Source of the DNA: Gracilinanus agilis
Taxonomy: Eukaryota
Assembly (NCBI RefSeq): GCF_016433145.1
Contig: NC_058133.1
Span: 33,420,331 to 33,484,179, forward strand
Reading direction: 5' to 3'
Length of the DNA: 63,849 nt
Shown: in pieces, positions 37,641 to 54,194 of the stretch
Layout of the letters: each line of letters opens with the position of its first letter
Numbering within the stretch: the stretch's first letter is position 1
Notes under the pieces: model-generated
Databases searched by the model: none
What the model was told of the DNA's origin: nothing
What the model saw: the letters and a program-made list of their open reading frames with translations, nothing else
Position numbers and translations under genes: made by a program

Positions 37641-40600
37641 TTATCTCTGAAGATCTCCATGTCACTATTATTTGTGTTGTCTTCCATTAGATTATAAGCT
37701 TTTTAAAAGCAGGAGTTTTCATTTTCTAAAATTAATTATATTAAAATTTCCTCCCCTGCCTGCATTAGAAAAGGCATCATTTGACAAAAAGATATATGTA
37801 TATATAAAACTGTCTTACTTTTTTTTTTTAATCTTCACATTCTGTCTTAACATCAATACTGTGTATTGGTTCCAAGGTAAAAGAGTGGTAAAGGCTAGGC
37901 AATGGGGGTTGAGTGACTTGCCCAGGAAGTGTCTGAGGCCAGATTTGAACCCAGGACCTCCCCTCTCTAGCTTTTTTCTATTTATCAATTCTTTCCCTGG
38001 AGGTGGACATATACAAGTCATTCTTCAAACAATATTTCTGTTGCTGTATATAGTGGGTCAAAAGGTATATACTGTTTTCTGTTATAACTCTGAGCATGAT
38101 CCCAGATTAAGAAGAGGAGCTTAATATTTAATTCTATGATGGTCAGGGCTGCTAGGTGGATACTTCCTAGCTGCGAAACCCTTGGCAAGTCACTTGACCC
38201 CAATTGCCTAGCCCTTACTGTTTCTATCTTGGAACCAATGATTTTAAGATGGTATGGTAAGGGTTAAAAAAATACTCTGATGGTCTTTATAACTGGGGTT
38301 TCTTTTCCCAATTCCCACTTATGCTGATGGATCATCTCCCCTTCAGGGTCCTAGGGTACCCTGGACAGGTGGTGGGATGTCTTGTTAATGCTATTGGCTT
38401 GAGCCCCATTCTGGTGTGTTTCTGCCAACATCAATCATCAGTTTTCCTTCAGTTTTCTCTAACAAGTGCCAGTTAGTATTTCCTCAATATGATTGATACC
38501 ACTAATTGGAACTCTCAATATAAATATGACCAATTTTGCAAAAAGAAAAAAATAAGTTCTACTTAGAAGAAATAGATTAGAAGTACAAAAACTTCCCCCC
38601 AGTTGGGAGACACATCCTCTCCTATCAGTCCTTGGGGGCAAGTAGGCTCAAAATGAAATGGAAAATGCATCAGATTTGCAGTTAGATATATTGGGTTTAA
38701 ATCTAGGCTGGACCATTTACTACCTGGTCATCTCTCTAGGCCTTAGTTTCCTCATCTGTAAAATGAAGAGGTTGGACTAGATGACCTCCAAAGTCCCCCT
38801 CAGCTCCAAATCTATGATCTCTGTGAATTCCTATCTTTGAGGAGATTCCGGAAGATGGCTAGAGGGAGATATCTTCTTGTAGGAGTGTTTATCTTTCTCC
38901 ATCCACTTTTGCTATATTTAATAAATTGTGGCTAGATTTTGTTGAATATCTGAGTTCCATGGCTATGGGGACTTAAGACAAAATTCCAGATGTAGGGTAG
39001 GGACTCCTCTAGATCTGTAAATGTAATATTGATATTGTGATTCATTTTCCACATCATCACCTGGATAAATTATGAACCCTGTTAGCTTGCTTGAAGCTTT
39101 GGACCATGGAGTTGGGGGAATAAATTAGATAACTATAAGCTGGGCATCCTCTTGTGGCCCAAAGAGATACTGCAGCATTTTGGGATAGCCCAGTCATACA
39201 ACAGAAAAAGGATGTGGCCATTACTTCACCGCTGGCTCAAGATTGGAATTACTTCCAACCTGCTGGACAGCTTGATAGTATGCCGATTTGCTGGATAATT
39301 AATACAGTGACGTGCTTCCATCGCGTATGCTTACAGAAAGCAGTTCAGGAACTAATGTGTACTATGTGCACTACAATGTCATTATTATTGGGCCTCGTGT
39401 GTCACATGCAGGACACCCGATACCGTATGAGATAATCATTTTGTAAGTAGTAAGGCATTGGAAATATGAAATTATTTTTATTTATAGAGGCCTGGCTAAC
39501 ATTGCTGTATGGGATGATTACCACTTAACAGTTCTAGGTGACAATTCAGAGCCACCAGTGTCTAGGAAGCTACAGCGTGAAAATACAGGTATATGGAGGA
39601 AAAGGTTCTGGTTTTAGACTCGGACAGCCTCTGTAAACGATCTCTGGCTTTGGGCCACAGGCTGACCTCCTCTGGGCTTCTTTTTCCTCTCCTCCACCCC
39701 CATATTAGAATGTGAGCTCCCTCAGGGCAGGGTCTATGGTTTTGCCTTTTTTTTTTTTTTTTTTTAATCTTCTCTAGGTAGTGCTTGGCAAGAAGTGAGA
39801 GCCTGCTAAAAGTTTGTTGACTAACTGACTAGATGACCTCCAGGGTTTTGTTTAACTCTGAGGCTGGCTCATGCGGTGACTTCCAGCCTAGCTGACATAT
39901 GTTCCAAATTCACAGCCCAGAAAAGTTGCTGAGTTCACGAGGTTATTCTCTTCAATACAGAACTGATGACATTCTGATGACAGCAGGGGAAACCACCACC
40001 ATCAAATTCACATGTGTTTACAGAAGATTTTACATACCCAATTAATGAAGGGTTCTCCCACACACACAGACTCTCTTGGAAACACTAAACAAATATCAGG
40101 AAACTATGTTAAAACTTGTGATGAGCCCATTAGGCTTGGGCTTGGAAACAAAACTAACAAAACACCAATATTTGAGGACTGACATTTGGCCAATTTGGGC
40201 TCTTTCCTTCCCTTTTTTAAATCTTTGGTCCAACAATATGAAAGCAATGATTCCCTTCCCATCGATTAGTCTCAACAAACTGGTAGTAAGAGGAGAAGGG
40301 GATTGCACTGGGATGACCAGATCCCTGCTGACAGGGTAGGCCCACAGCCAAGGACTCTTGGGCTTTTGAGAACTTTCTGGCTCCCATAGAGGACCCTGGC
40401 AGGCAGGGCCCCTTTCCCAGCACTCTAGGGGAATAAGGAATGTGAAATAATAATTTTTTAAAACAGAAACCTATGGAGTTATTTCAGTAATTGGCTGGAA
40501 AGGCTAATGGGTTTCATATTCATGTTGGCAGAAGCCAGGCTCAGCTCAGGTCCCAGTGAGGTTGAAGGCAGCAGGGGAACCTCCAGGGGCCCCATGGCAC

Positions 40601-41271
40601 CAAGGCTTTGGGGGAGCCTTTCCCACAGCCTATAATGTTGAAAATAAAGCCATGGCACCGTGGAGAAAACTTCCAAATACAAACCAGGTTCCTCATTTTA
40701 TCATTTCATAGACGGGGCAGTTAGGGGTTGTGAAGATGGGTAGAGTTAGAAGTAAGAGAGGTAGTCTTGAGTCCTGCCTCCCTGGCACTGAGAGCTTAAT
40801 TTATCTGGGCCTCCTGGTTTTTCTCTTGTTTTCTTTTATGTGTTCCAAAAGGATATTTCTAGGACCATTTTTTCTTTCTTAGATTTTTTTTTTTGGTGGC
40901 CCTTTTTCTCTGCCAAAGTCTTCCTGCTCTACCATTGGGAAACAAACAAAAAACCAAATCCCAAACATTTAGCATTCCTCAGGAGGGCGTCTACCTCTTA
41001 AGTTGTGAGGATCAAATAAGATTAATATAAAAAACGAATGCACTTTGCCAACCTTAAAGTACCATTGTAAATGCTAACATACACTGCTCACTTCTTTTAT
41101 TCTTTTTTTTTGCCTGAAATACAAAGAAGCTAATGAGATAAACATAAATTTAAATTAGGACAGAAACAAAGTTTTGTATGAATGTAAAAAATTTTCCTAA
41201 CTGGGGGCTCTGAGCTATTGGAGTTGCATTCTTAACTTTTTGTATGACAAATTCCATAAAGAGAAGATGGC

Positions 41272-41481
41272 GGGGGCAGCTGGGTAGCTCAGTGGAGTGA
41301 GAGTCAGGCCTAGAGACAGGAGGTCCTAGGTTCAAGCCCGGCCTCAGCCACTTCCTAGCTGTGTGACCCTGGGCAAGTCACTTGACCCCCATTGCCCACC
41401 CTTACCAATCTTCCACCTATGAGACAATACACCGAAGTACAAGGGTAAAAAAAAAAAAAAAAAAAAGAGAGAGAGAGAGAG
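41272..41481 (+). mobile_element. Young opossum-type SINE with TSD AGAGAAGATGGC and a (GA)n expansion at the tail
   Basis: TSD at 41260-41271 and 41482-41493. Confidence 0.95.
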
Positions 41482-41984
41482 AGAGAAGATGGCACCACCT
41501 AGACTTGAGAGACATATTGCTGAAAGGCTAAAAAAAAAAAAAAAGTCAGCTAATTGTTATGTGGCTGATTAAATCTCCAGTTAGGGTAGGGAGGAGAGAA
41601 TAGTGAGGAATATGGTCTAGTCAATTCAAATCTCTACAGTGATGTACAACTACAGGAGTTACATATGGATTTAAAGAAATTCTTTGAAGTTTAAGTGGAA
41701 AGAATCAGGAAATCATAGAAGTGCTAGACATTCAATGGAGGTCTGAAATTTTAAAAGGCATAAAATAATAATAGAAAGACTTCACAAGAAAGGCCAAGAG
41801 ACCTCTATTTCCAGTGTTTTGTTTTTTTTTTTCTTTTCAAATTGTCCCATAGTTGATGAAGTATATAGAATTCGGAATCAAAAAGACCATATATTCAATA
41901 TTCATCAACAGTGTTGGGGCTACCAAAAAAAAGAAGAAAAAAAGCTAATTTGATCTTGCTCTACATTAAATAAGGCATAGTATG

Positions 41985-42230
41985 TGACAGTCCCCATGTC
42001 TTTTGCCCTGGTGAGACCACATCTGTAGTACATATATTCAGTTCTGAGCACCATAGTTTGGAGAGGAGAGGAATAAAGTGAAGAACTTCCAGAGGGCAAC
42101 CAGGATGATAAAAGGCCTTGAGTTCATGCCCTCCGAGAACTGGTCAAAGGAGATGGGTATGTTTAACTAGGATAAGAACACAAAAGGGACATGAGAGCTA
42201 TCTTTAAGTATCTAAAGGCTGCCTGTGTGA
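41985..42230 (+). mobile_element. CR1/L3 LINE fragment
   Basis: ctggtgagaccacatctg...ttccagagggcaaccaggatgataaaagg matches the CR1 peptide ALVRPHLEYC...QRRATRMIKG. Confidence 0.7.
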
Positions 42231-42649
42231 TCTTGGGCTAAATAGCTAATTTGGGACTTGTTGCCCAGTCATTTATCAGTCATGTAGTGACTCTGTGACC
42301 CTATTTGGGATTTTCTTGGTAAAGGTACTGGAATAGTTTGCCATTTCCTTCTCTAGCTCATTTGCCAGCTGAGCTAAAAATAATTAAATTACTTGCCCAG
42401 GGTTTCACAGCTAGGAAGTGCCTGAGGCCAGGTTTAAACTTGGGAAGCTGAGTTCTCCTGACTCCAGGCTCAGAACTCAATTCACAGAGCCACTTAGCTG
42501 TTATTTTTCCGAATATTACAAATGACATTTCAAATATGGCCTCAGGCACTTCCTAGCTGTGTGTCCCTGGGCAAGTCCCTGTGTGCCTCAGTTTCTCCTC
42601 ATTGTAAAATGGGGATACTATTTTGCCATGAGAAATATTGAAGATGGTC

Positions 42650-42900
42650 TCAGAGGTACCTGATGGACTTGTATAAATGGATACAGAGAGAAGTAAGCAG
42701 AGCTAGAAGGGATACATCACAGAGAAAAACAGCTTTGAAAGACTTCAAAACTCTGACCCACTCAACTGCCAGTCGATGGTCCAGAAGACTGACCAAGTAT
42801 GCTTCTCCCTAACATAGTCCTTGACAAGAGAGGTGGTAGACTGTAAATGCAGAAAGAGGCATGTGTTTCTGGATATAGCCATCCTGTTGACTACTACTCT
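42650..42900 (+). mobile_element. Marsupial L1 3'-end fragment
   Basis: Resembles the marsupial L1 3' region (ctttgaaagacttcaaaactctga...agagaggtgg). Confidence 0.6.
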
Positions 42901-43999
42901 TGACTAGTTGGGGAGTAGCAAAGGCAGAACTGGGACAGAGCCTGGAGAGCTTTGCATGGTCAGAGTCCCAGGGGAGGGTGGGTAGAACTGGCCACATAGA
43001 GAGCAGTAAACAGGGATGGAGGAGGTTGAGCAGTCAGGTGCTAAAAAACCTGAGCCTGGTGAGATGCTGCTGGGCATTTAGGGAACATCCTCCTCAGGTG
43101 CTGCCAGGTGGTGGGCGAATTGGTCACTCCTTGGTAAAGTGATGTCCTGCACTTGAGCAGCTTGCAGATGCAGAACAGCAGCTGGCATGGAGCTGTTTAC
43201 AGCTGCCTGAATGTCACCTGGGAGAGCCACAGAGTGCCCACACGATCCCTCACACTTATTAACTGTGTTGCTTAGGTGGTCTGTGGCTTGTTAGGTGAGC
43301 TTTGCAAAGGGAGGGTATGACTGCTTGGGAAACTGGGGATGCCCCACCAGCTAAGGGCTAGAGGAGCTTCTTCAGGCCTGGGCACAGAGTGGGTGTTCAG
43401 TGGAGGCTAGAGGACAACAGAGAAGGACTCAGGCTGTGGCAGCCATCTCTTTCTCTCTCTCATTGTCTTTTTCTACGCCCCCCCCCTTCCCTTATCTTTC
43501 GCCCAATACTAGGTATAGATTCCAAGGGAGAAGAGTCATAAGGGATAGGTAATGGTGGTTAAGTGACTTGCCCAGGGTCACACAGCTAGGAAGTGTCTGA
43601 GGTCACATTTGAACCCAGGATCTCCCATCTCCAGACCTGGCTCTCAATCCACTGAGATGCCTAGCCTCTGGGGTAAACATTTCAAAGGGGGTTCCTGCTC
43701 CAAAAAGGAACAAAGGCTGGGGCCAAGGTCTTTTCACAGTGGTCTTTTATAAGGAGTAGCCGTGCTTCTTCCACTTGTTTCTTCCTCCTCCTCTTCCGGG
43801 AATCAACCGGCCTGATGTCCACTCCAACATCCAGGGGCACCTTTGGACCATCAGAGGTTGGCTCCCCGGGCTGCACTGACTCCTGCTCGGGGAGGCTGTG
43901 CTGATCGGCAGCCTTGGGGCGCCCAGAGTTGCACGTGTGACCCAGCAGTTGCTTAGAGGTAGTGAGCTAATCGTCACAGCAACTCTCCCTGGGTAGGAA

Positions 44000-44560
44000 G
44001 GGGCTGAGGCTTGGGCGGCCGCGTCTGGAGGTAGAGAGCTCATCATGACTTAAGTGTGGGAAGAGTAGGGGGCGGCAGGAGAATCTAGAAGAGGGAGGGA
44101 GATTGGGACTATTGAGCAGCAGGGCTGTTTCGGCAACAACCTAGGGTGGGAGGACGCAGCAACTTCCGAGGTACTCAACTTGTAGAATACCTCCAGTAGC
44201 GCTGCTCGGCGCTCATTTAGTCTGGTCTCCGCTCCTGGCCCCACCCCCAACGATTGATGTGCTTGGGCTTCGCTCTCTGCGCAAGCGCCGTAGCTGTGTG
44301 GCCGCCATTGGGCTGTCAGTCTGGCGTGCGCTACGGGAGGCTGAGGCCAGGGTGAGAATTGGGGTGGGCTGCATGTGAGGGTAGGGGGTTTCTGGGCTGG
44401 GGGAAGGGTGGGGGGTCGGGTCTGTGGAGGGACACAGAGTCTCGGGACTAGGCTGTCTGAGGCTGGTGCCGCGGAGGTGCTGAGGGGAGCGCTTTTGACT
44501 TGAGATGCTGAGGAAAGCGCAGAGGCTTGGGAGATGCTGGGGAAACTCGGTAGATAGAGA
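44000..44560 (+). promoter_or_regulatory. EIF2B3: EIF2B3 CpG-rich promoter and non-coding exon 1 (donor at 44351/44352)
   Basis: CpG cluster in CpG-poor surroundings; GCCGCCATTG YY1-like motif at 44301-44310; CCAGG|GTGAGA donor; the next acceptor (51581) lies 9 nt before the ATG. Confidence 0.7.
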
Positions 44561-44730
44561 GCCGGGCCTAAAGACGGGAGGTCCTGGGTTCAAAACTGAC
44601 TTGAGAGGCTTCTGGTTGTGTGACCTGGGCAAATTGCTTAACCCCTATTGCCTAGTCCTTAACACTTTTCTGCCTTGGAACCAATATACAGAATTGATCC
44701 TAAGACGGAAGCTAAGGGTTTTTTTAAAAA
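44528..44730 (+). mobile_element. Marsupial SINE in EIF2B3 intron 1
   Basis: ggttcaaaac B box and CORE body. Confidence 0.85.
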
Positions 44731-44734
44731 ACCC

Positions 44735-45790
44735 AAACCACCTAGGAGACCAGCATTGCCATCTGGGGGGTGTGGTGTAAGAAGACTGGCAGGACAGAGT
44801 CAGGCTATGAAGGGCTTTAAAAGCCAAACTGAAGATCGTACATGTATAACCTAGATCAAATTGCTCACCATCTGCGAGAAGAGGGAGGTAGGGAGAAAAA
44901 CCATATTTTGATGATGGATATGGAAATTTATTACATGTAATTGGAAAAATAAAATATCTACAAAAACAAGCCAAACAGGATGTTATTTTTTTATCCTGGC
45001 GGTGACAGGGAGCCACTGGAGTTTATTGAGGGCCTGTGTTTGTGTGACTTGGTCAGCCATGTGCTTTAGGAAGGTCACCCTGGTTTTGAGTAGAGGATGG
45101 AATGGTGTTATAACAATAACTATTGAAAAGTAGCCTAGGCATGAGGTGATAAGAGCCTGGGGGGGGGTGTGAGGGGGTAGCAGAAGGGAGGAGGGAGTAA
45201 TTTAAGAAGGAAGAGTAGACAGGCCTTAGCAACTACTTGGATATGTTGAGGGGGACAGGGTTTGAGGGAGAGAAATCTAGAGTGGCTCCTTGGTTAAGAG
45301 CCTGGGTAACTGAAAAGATGATGGTACCCTCAACAGTTAAAGGAAAGTTAGGAAGAAGGAGGGATTTTGGTAGAAATATGAGTCCAGTTTTGGTCATATT
45401 GTGTTTAAGATGTCATGGGACATCTTCAGATCCAATTGGCAGTTGGAGATGTGAGTTTATAGTTCATCTAGGAGGTTAACTCTAATTAAGTAGATCCAAA
45501 AATCATTTGCATAGAGATAACTAGATTCTTGGGAACTAATGAGATGAAGTAAAATAGTGTAGAAGGAGTAGAGGAGAGGACTCAGAATAGAGTCCTGGGG
45601 GATTCTTACTGTTGGAAGGCTCCACCTGAATGAAGCCAAGGAGAATGAGAAGGATTAGTTATATAGGTAGAAGGAGAAGGGAGTGGTGACCCAAAAATCT
45701 AGAAGGAAGAGAATATCTAGGAGATGAGGATGACGGACAATATTAAATGTTATAGAGAGATCAAGAAGGATGAGGAGTGAGAAAGGCTAT
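44735..45790 (-). mobile_element. Ancient L2 remnants
   Basis: Purine-rich antisense L2-like text such as gaagggctttaaaagccaaactgaag. Confidence 0.6.
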
Positions 45791-45799
45791 TAGTAATGA

Positions 45800-47180
45800 G
45801 GAGTCAAGATAGCAGAGTAAAGGAGTCAGAAAGATCTGAGAAGATCATAGCAAAATTTGGTCGTCCAGAGAAGTTTATTAGTACTGTATGCCTGTTTCAT
45901 GAAGGCATGCTTGTCCTGGATAGTGGACAATGCTTTCATGCTTTCCCATTCACCAACAGAGTGAAACAGGGCTATGTACTTAGTCCCCTGCTTTTTTAGC
46001 ATGACATTTTCAGTGATGTTGTCAGATGCTTTCCAAGAAGACAGAAATGGCATTGTGGTTAGCTACAGGGGAAGTGGAGTGGCTCTGTGGCTAAAGAGGT
46101 AAACCCTTTAAAAAAAAGAGGTTCTGTGTTCAAATGTGACCTTGGACACTTCCTAGTTGTGTGACCCTGGGCAAGTTACTTAACCTCCCTTGCCTAGCCC
46201 TTAACTGCTTTTCTGTCTTGGAATCAATACTTAGTACTTCCAAGATGGAAGGTGAGGTTTAAAACAAACAAACAAAAAAAGTAGTTAGCTACCACACTCA
46301 CGGTAAATTTTTAATTTGAAAAAACTACAAGCCAAAACTAAAGTAGAAGGAAATGTTTTTGTTTGCAAATGATGGTGTATTCAGTGCAGCCTCTGAAACT
46401 GAGATGCAACGGAGAATGGATCATTTCTCTGCTACTTATGCTAACTTTGGCCTGAGAATTAATTTGAAGAAAACAAGGTTTCTTCCAGCCAGCACTGAAC
46501 CATCTATATTGTGGAACCAGCATTTACAGCAAGTGGAGAAATTTTGAATGCTATGGATAAGTTCACTTACCTTGGCAGTATACTTTCCAGATAATGGGGT
46601 TGATGCATGCATTGCCAGAGCTAGTTCAATGTTTGGGAAGCTCCAAAGGAATGTGTGCCTACCCTACTGAAGGTCTATAGGGACATTGTGCTGACATCAT
46701 TGTTGTATGCCTATGAAACTAGGACAGTAAATGAGCACCATGCCAGAAATTGAACTGCTTTCATTTTAATTGTATTAGGAAGATTCTGAAGATCACTTGG
46801 CAAGATGGAGTACCAGACACTGAGTTCTTTTCTTGAACAGAACTGCCAAACATTTAAACTGTACTGCAGAGTACATCTCTGATGAGCTGGCCATGTTGTT
46901 ATAATGCCAAAAAAGGCTTTTATGGAAAACTCACATGAGGGAAACACTTACATGAAGGTTAAAGGAAACAATACAAGGATTCGTGAGGTTTCTGAAGAAC
47001 TTTGGTATTGATTGTGAGACATTGGAGACCCTGGCACAGGACTGTCTTATATGGTATGCCTATATCAAAGAAGGCACTATGTGCTCTGTGAGCAGCACAG
47101 AATTTCAGTACCCCAAAAGAAACATGAGATGCACAAATTTAGAGACATCTCCATCCCAAGTTTTCCTAAAGACTATTTAT
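45800..47180 (+). mobile_element. Degraded, 5'-truncated RTE-clade LINE, interrupted by a SINE at about 46070-46278
   Basis: Peptides IIAKFGRPEKFISTV, TNRVKQGYVLSPLLF, FLFANDGVFSAASETEMQ and FGLRINLKKT are RTE reverse-transcriptase motifs with frameshifts. Confidence 0.9.
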
Positions 47181-47209
47181 GCTTGATCAGCCACAGTCAT
47201 GGGTTATAC

Positions 47210-47885
47210 TTTTTTTTTAACTGATTAAGAAAATTTTTCCATGGTTCCATGATTCATGTTCTCTCTCTCCCCTCCTCCCACCTCCCTCCCATAGCCTACA
47301 CACAATTCCACTGGGTTTTACATGTGTCATCGATCAAGACCTTTTTCCATATTATTGATATTTGCATTAGGGTGATCATTTAGAGTCTACATCCCCAATC
47401 ATATCCCCATTGACCTATGTGATCGAGCAGTTGTTTTTCTTCTGTGTTTCTACTTCCACAGTTCTTTCTCTGGATGTGAACATCATTCTTTCTCATAGGT
47501 CCCTCAGAAATGTATTAGATCATTGCATTGTTGCTAGTACAGGAGTCCATTACATTCGATTGTGCCATAGTGTATCTATCTGTCTCTGTGTATGGTTCTC
47601 TTAGTTCTGCTCCTTTCACTCTGCATCAATTCCTGGAGGTCTTTCAAGTTCATATGGAATTCCTTCAGTTTATTATTCCTTTGAGCACAATAGTATTCCA
47701 TCACCAGCATATACCACAATTTGTTCAGCCATTCCCCAATTGAAGGGCATCCCCTCATTTTCCAATTTTTTGCCACCACAAAGAGCGCAGCTATAAATAT
47801 TTTTGTACAAGTCTTTTTCCTTATGATCTCTTTGGGGTATAAACCCAGCAGCTGTATGACTGGATCAAAGGATAGGCAGTTTTTT
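47210..47885 (-). mobile_element. Marsupial L1 3' end
   Basis: Antisense L1 ORF2 C-terminus (KNWKMRGCPSIGEWLNKLWYM) and 3' UTR. Confidence 0.9.
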
Positions 47886-47889
47886 AAAT

Positions 47890-49085
47890 GGGTTATAAGA
47901 GATTATTGCAGGGATGGGGGAGGGGCAGGGTGATAAGAGAAGCAGTGTTCAGAAACCAAAGAAACTTGAAGAGGGACAAGTTAAAAAAAGAAAAAGATAA
48001 ACAGAAGAAAATAGGTTGGAGGGAAATACACATTAATCATAACTATGAATGTGACTGGGATGCTCTAATCAATAAATTGAAGTGGATAGCGGAATGAATT
48101 AGAAACCAGAATCCAACACTAGGTTGTGTACAAGAGACACACTTGAAACAGAAAAACATGATTAAAATAAAGGGCTGGAGCAGAATCTGTTAGGCTTCAG
48201 CTAAAGTTAAAGCTACATTTCACCAAAATTTTTCTAAGAAAGGCCTCATTTCTCAAATATGTAGAGAACGGAGTCAAATTTATAAAAATAAGAGCTGTTC
48301 CCCAATTGACAAATGGTCAAAGGATATGAAGAGACAGTTTTCAAAAGAAATCAAAACTACAGTTATATGGGAAAATGTTTTGATTAGAGAAGGGCAAATC
48401 AAAGCAACTCTGAGGAATACCCTCAAACTTTTCAGAAATGACAAATATTACTCTTTGAACAAGCAATACTACTACTAGGTCTATTTTCCAAAGATCAGAG
48501 GAAAAGGATCTATATGTACAAAAATATTTTTAGCAGCTCTTTTGGTGGTGGCCAAGAAATAGATATTGAGAGGATGCTCATCATTTGGGGAATTTGTTGT
48601 GAACAAATTGTGGCATATGATTGAAATGGAATGCTATTATGCTATAAGAAATGACGAAGGAGATGACTTCAGAAAAACATGGCAAGCCCAAAGTGAACTG
48701 GTATAAAGTGAAATGAGAAGAACCAGGAGATCATTGTACACAGTAACAGCAATGTTGTGGTATTGATCAACTGTAAGACTTAGTTACTCTGATCAATACA
48801 GTAATATAAGATAATTTCTTGTTGAAAAAATGCTGTACACTTCCAGAGAGAGAACTGATGAACTTTGAGTACAAGTTGAAGTATATATAATTTTCTTCCT
48901 TCCAGCTTTGTTTTGTGATTTGGCTAATATGGAAATGTTTTGCATGATTTCACATGTATAATTGACATTGTTTACCTTAGTGGGTGGAGGAAGGATGGGA
49001 GGGAGGGAGAGAGTCTAGAACTCAAATTTTAAAAATAAAAGAATGCTAAAACAAACAATAAAGAGATAATTTTAAAAAAGAGAGA
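47890..49085 (+). mobile_element. Rearranged L1: endonuclease N-terminus joined to ORF2 C-terminus and 3' UTR
   Basis: ALINKLKWIAE*IRNQNPTLGCVQETHLK resembles the L1 EN start; within about 200 nt it switches to 3'-end sequence. Confidence 0.75.
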
Positions 49086-49089
49086 ACAA

Positions 49090-50450
49090 AGCCTATTAGA
49101 GGTCACTGAACTTAAGAGAGAGCAGTTTCTGTTGAATGATGAAATTGTAGAATAGATTGCAGAACTCAGAAGAAAGGAAGAGAAAAGGAAGTGGAGGCAC
49201 CTATTGTAGACTGCCTTCTAGAGGAGTTTAGTCACAAAAGAGAAAAAAGACATGGGACATTATTTAGCAGGGATGCTAGTGATGGTTTCTTGAAGATAGG
49301 AGAGACGTGGGTGTGTTTGTAATCAGTAAGGGAGCATTGGGTAAACCAGGAGAGACAATGATCTATGAGAGGATGGGGATGAGAGGGCAGGCAATCTCCA
49401 GGAGGAGGAAATGAATTGGGAGAATCGTTTGTACAGTTTTACCTAGGCCAGGAGTAAATTTCTCATGTGGGATGGAGGTGAAGAAGAAGGGAGCAATAGA
49501 AGGACCTGAATAATAAGAGATGAGGAAGGCAGGGCTCGTGTCAAATGGCCTTAATTTTTCCTGTAAAATATAAGGCAAGGTTGTCAACTGGAAGGGTTGG
49601 GGGAAGGAGGAGCCATGGGAAGTTTGAGGAGAGATGAGAAGGTTTGGAAGAACCTCTGGAGAGAGTGAGTTGTTCAGGAAGGTATGGTAGGATTTCCTGG
49701 CAGCAGAGAGTGCCCAGTTAAAATATATTACAAAAATAATGTAGTGGACCCAGGGAGCACAGTTTTGTGATTTTCTCCAGCTTTGTTCAATAGCTTATGT
49801 ATAGGATTCAGGCAGCAGAAGGTTACAGTGATTTCAGGGCTGGGATTTGGCAAGTTTAGGTCTTTGATAAGATAAATGGACAAAAGATTAGAGATAAAAG
49901 CCTATGTAGAATTGAACTGTTTCATCCAGGGGTCAAGATGGGGAAGAAAGAAGGGAGTAGCCAGAGCAGAGGAGATAGCCTAGGAAAGAACTGTGAAGTC
50001 AAAGGATTGAAGAGCAGGGTTTGGAGACAAAAGGAATAGGGAAAGGTGGGAAGACAAGGGATTGTGATCAGACAAGGGAATTTCAGAGTTCATGAACTTG
50101 GAGGTAGTGCCACTGTGGGTAATGGCAAGATCAAGGGCATGACCATCTTTGTGTGTGATGAGGAGGTCATTTGAAATAAATAAATCGAGGAACTGGAAGG
50201 TTAGGGTTTTTGAGGGAGTATCAATATATATGAAACCCTCTAGAATGAGGGCAAGAGTTGGGGAAGAGAGAAAGCACTAGCTAAGCATTGAACTTGTTCT
50301 GGAAAGAAGGAGAGTATCCTGGGAGTCTGTAGGCAACAGATTCCAGGATTTTGATTGGGTGATACATTTGGATTGGCTGATCCTAGGTGTTACTTGAATA
50401 ATGGTGGTGGAGGGAGAGCCTGGACTTGGCAGTGGGGAACAAGGAGTATC
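49090..50450 (-). mobile_element. Ancient L2 remnant
   Basis: Purine-rich antisense L2-like sequence. Confidence 0.55.
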
Positions 50451-51557
50451 TTGACTTCCCCACTGTCAACATAGATTTCTGGATGACTCGGTTTACCCTT
50501 ACTTTTGAGAAAACCCAGTATTAAGCACACCTATTTTGATTTGAATGTTAAGCACCTTTTTGTTCTGGAGGCTTCTCTACTGGATAAAAGTTTCCTCTCT
50601 GGAAGCCCAGCTCCTGAGTTTGACCTTTGTCTTTGATTTGTTACAGTTGACTTCCCTAATGCCATAGCTGCTGAATGTTAGCAGGTCTACACACTGTTTG
50701 TGGTTAGTCTTTGTAAGCTTCCCAAAAGGGTATAAGAGACTCTCAGGTTCAGTATCTCTTTGGAGTTGGCATCTAGTATGGTGTCTTCTCCCAAGGATAC
50801 AACTCCCAGAGTCTCAGAGCCTTTGGTTCCATATGGAATTTCTTTTATGACTATGTGGTGGCCAGATTAATGAGCCTATCTCTTTTTCATGATTAAAGAG
50901 TGGGTTTTCTGACCACTTGATAGTTCTGTAGTTATTTCCAAGTTAACACCACCAAGACCATCGAGTGAAAGTACTACTTGTGTTGCAAAGTTTTGAGAGT
51001 ACACCATCAATGATGGAGCCAGGTCTCAGGGAGAGCCAGAAGTCAGATAAATGAAAAAGTTTAGGGTGAAACCATTTCTGTTAGCTATGGTGCTAGCAGT
51101 CCAGAGAATACTGTGCAGAGGTGCTCCCTGCAGCCATGGGCAGAGATCCAAAAGCTGCTTTTTTCAGCATTTGGGAGGCAGCCTGACCCAGAGGGCCTGG
51201 CCTGAATTCTAAGGATCCTTCTTCCAGTTCTCAGTTGAAGGGGCAAGTTGTCTTTGGATCCAAATGAGATAGGGAGCTGCATGAGGAAGCTGGGCCTCAG
51301 AGAGGTTAAGGAGCTGGCCCAGGGTCACACAGCAGGTCACTTTCCTCTTCAGGATTCCAGGATTCTTCAGGATTCTTGCCTGACTCTTGTATGGAACTTT
51401 AGAGTTCAGTGAATTCTATGCTGTTTTAGTTCTTATGTCCCATACTAGGAGTTTCTGGAAGCACCTGTTGATATAAGTGAACACAGGTTACCCTAAGGAA
51501 AATTGGGTGAGTGCCTTCTGGTGTGCTTCACATTTTATTACAGACTGACCCTGTTGA

Positions 51558-54194
<2,637 letters not shown>

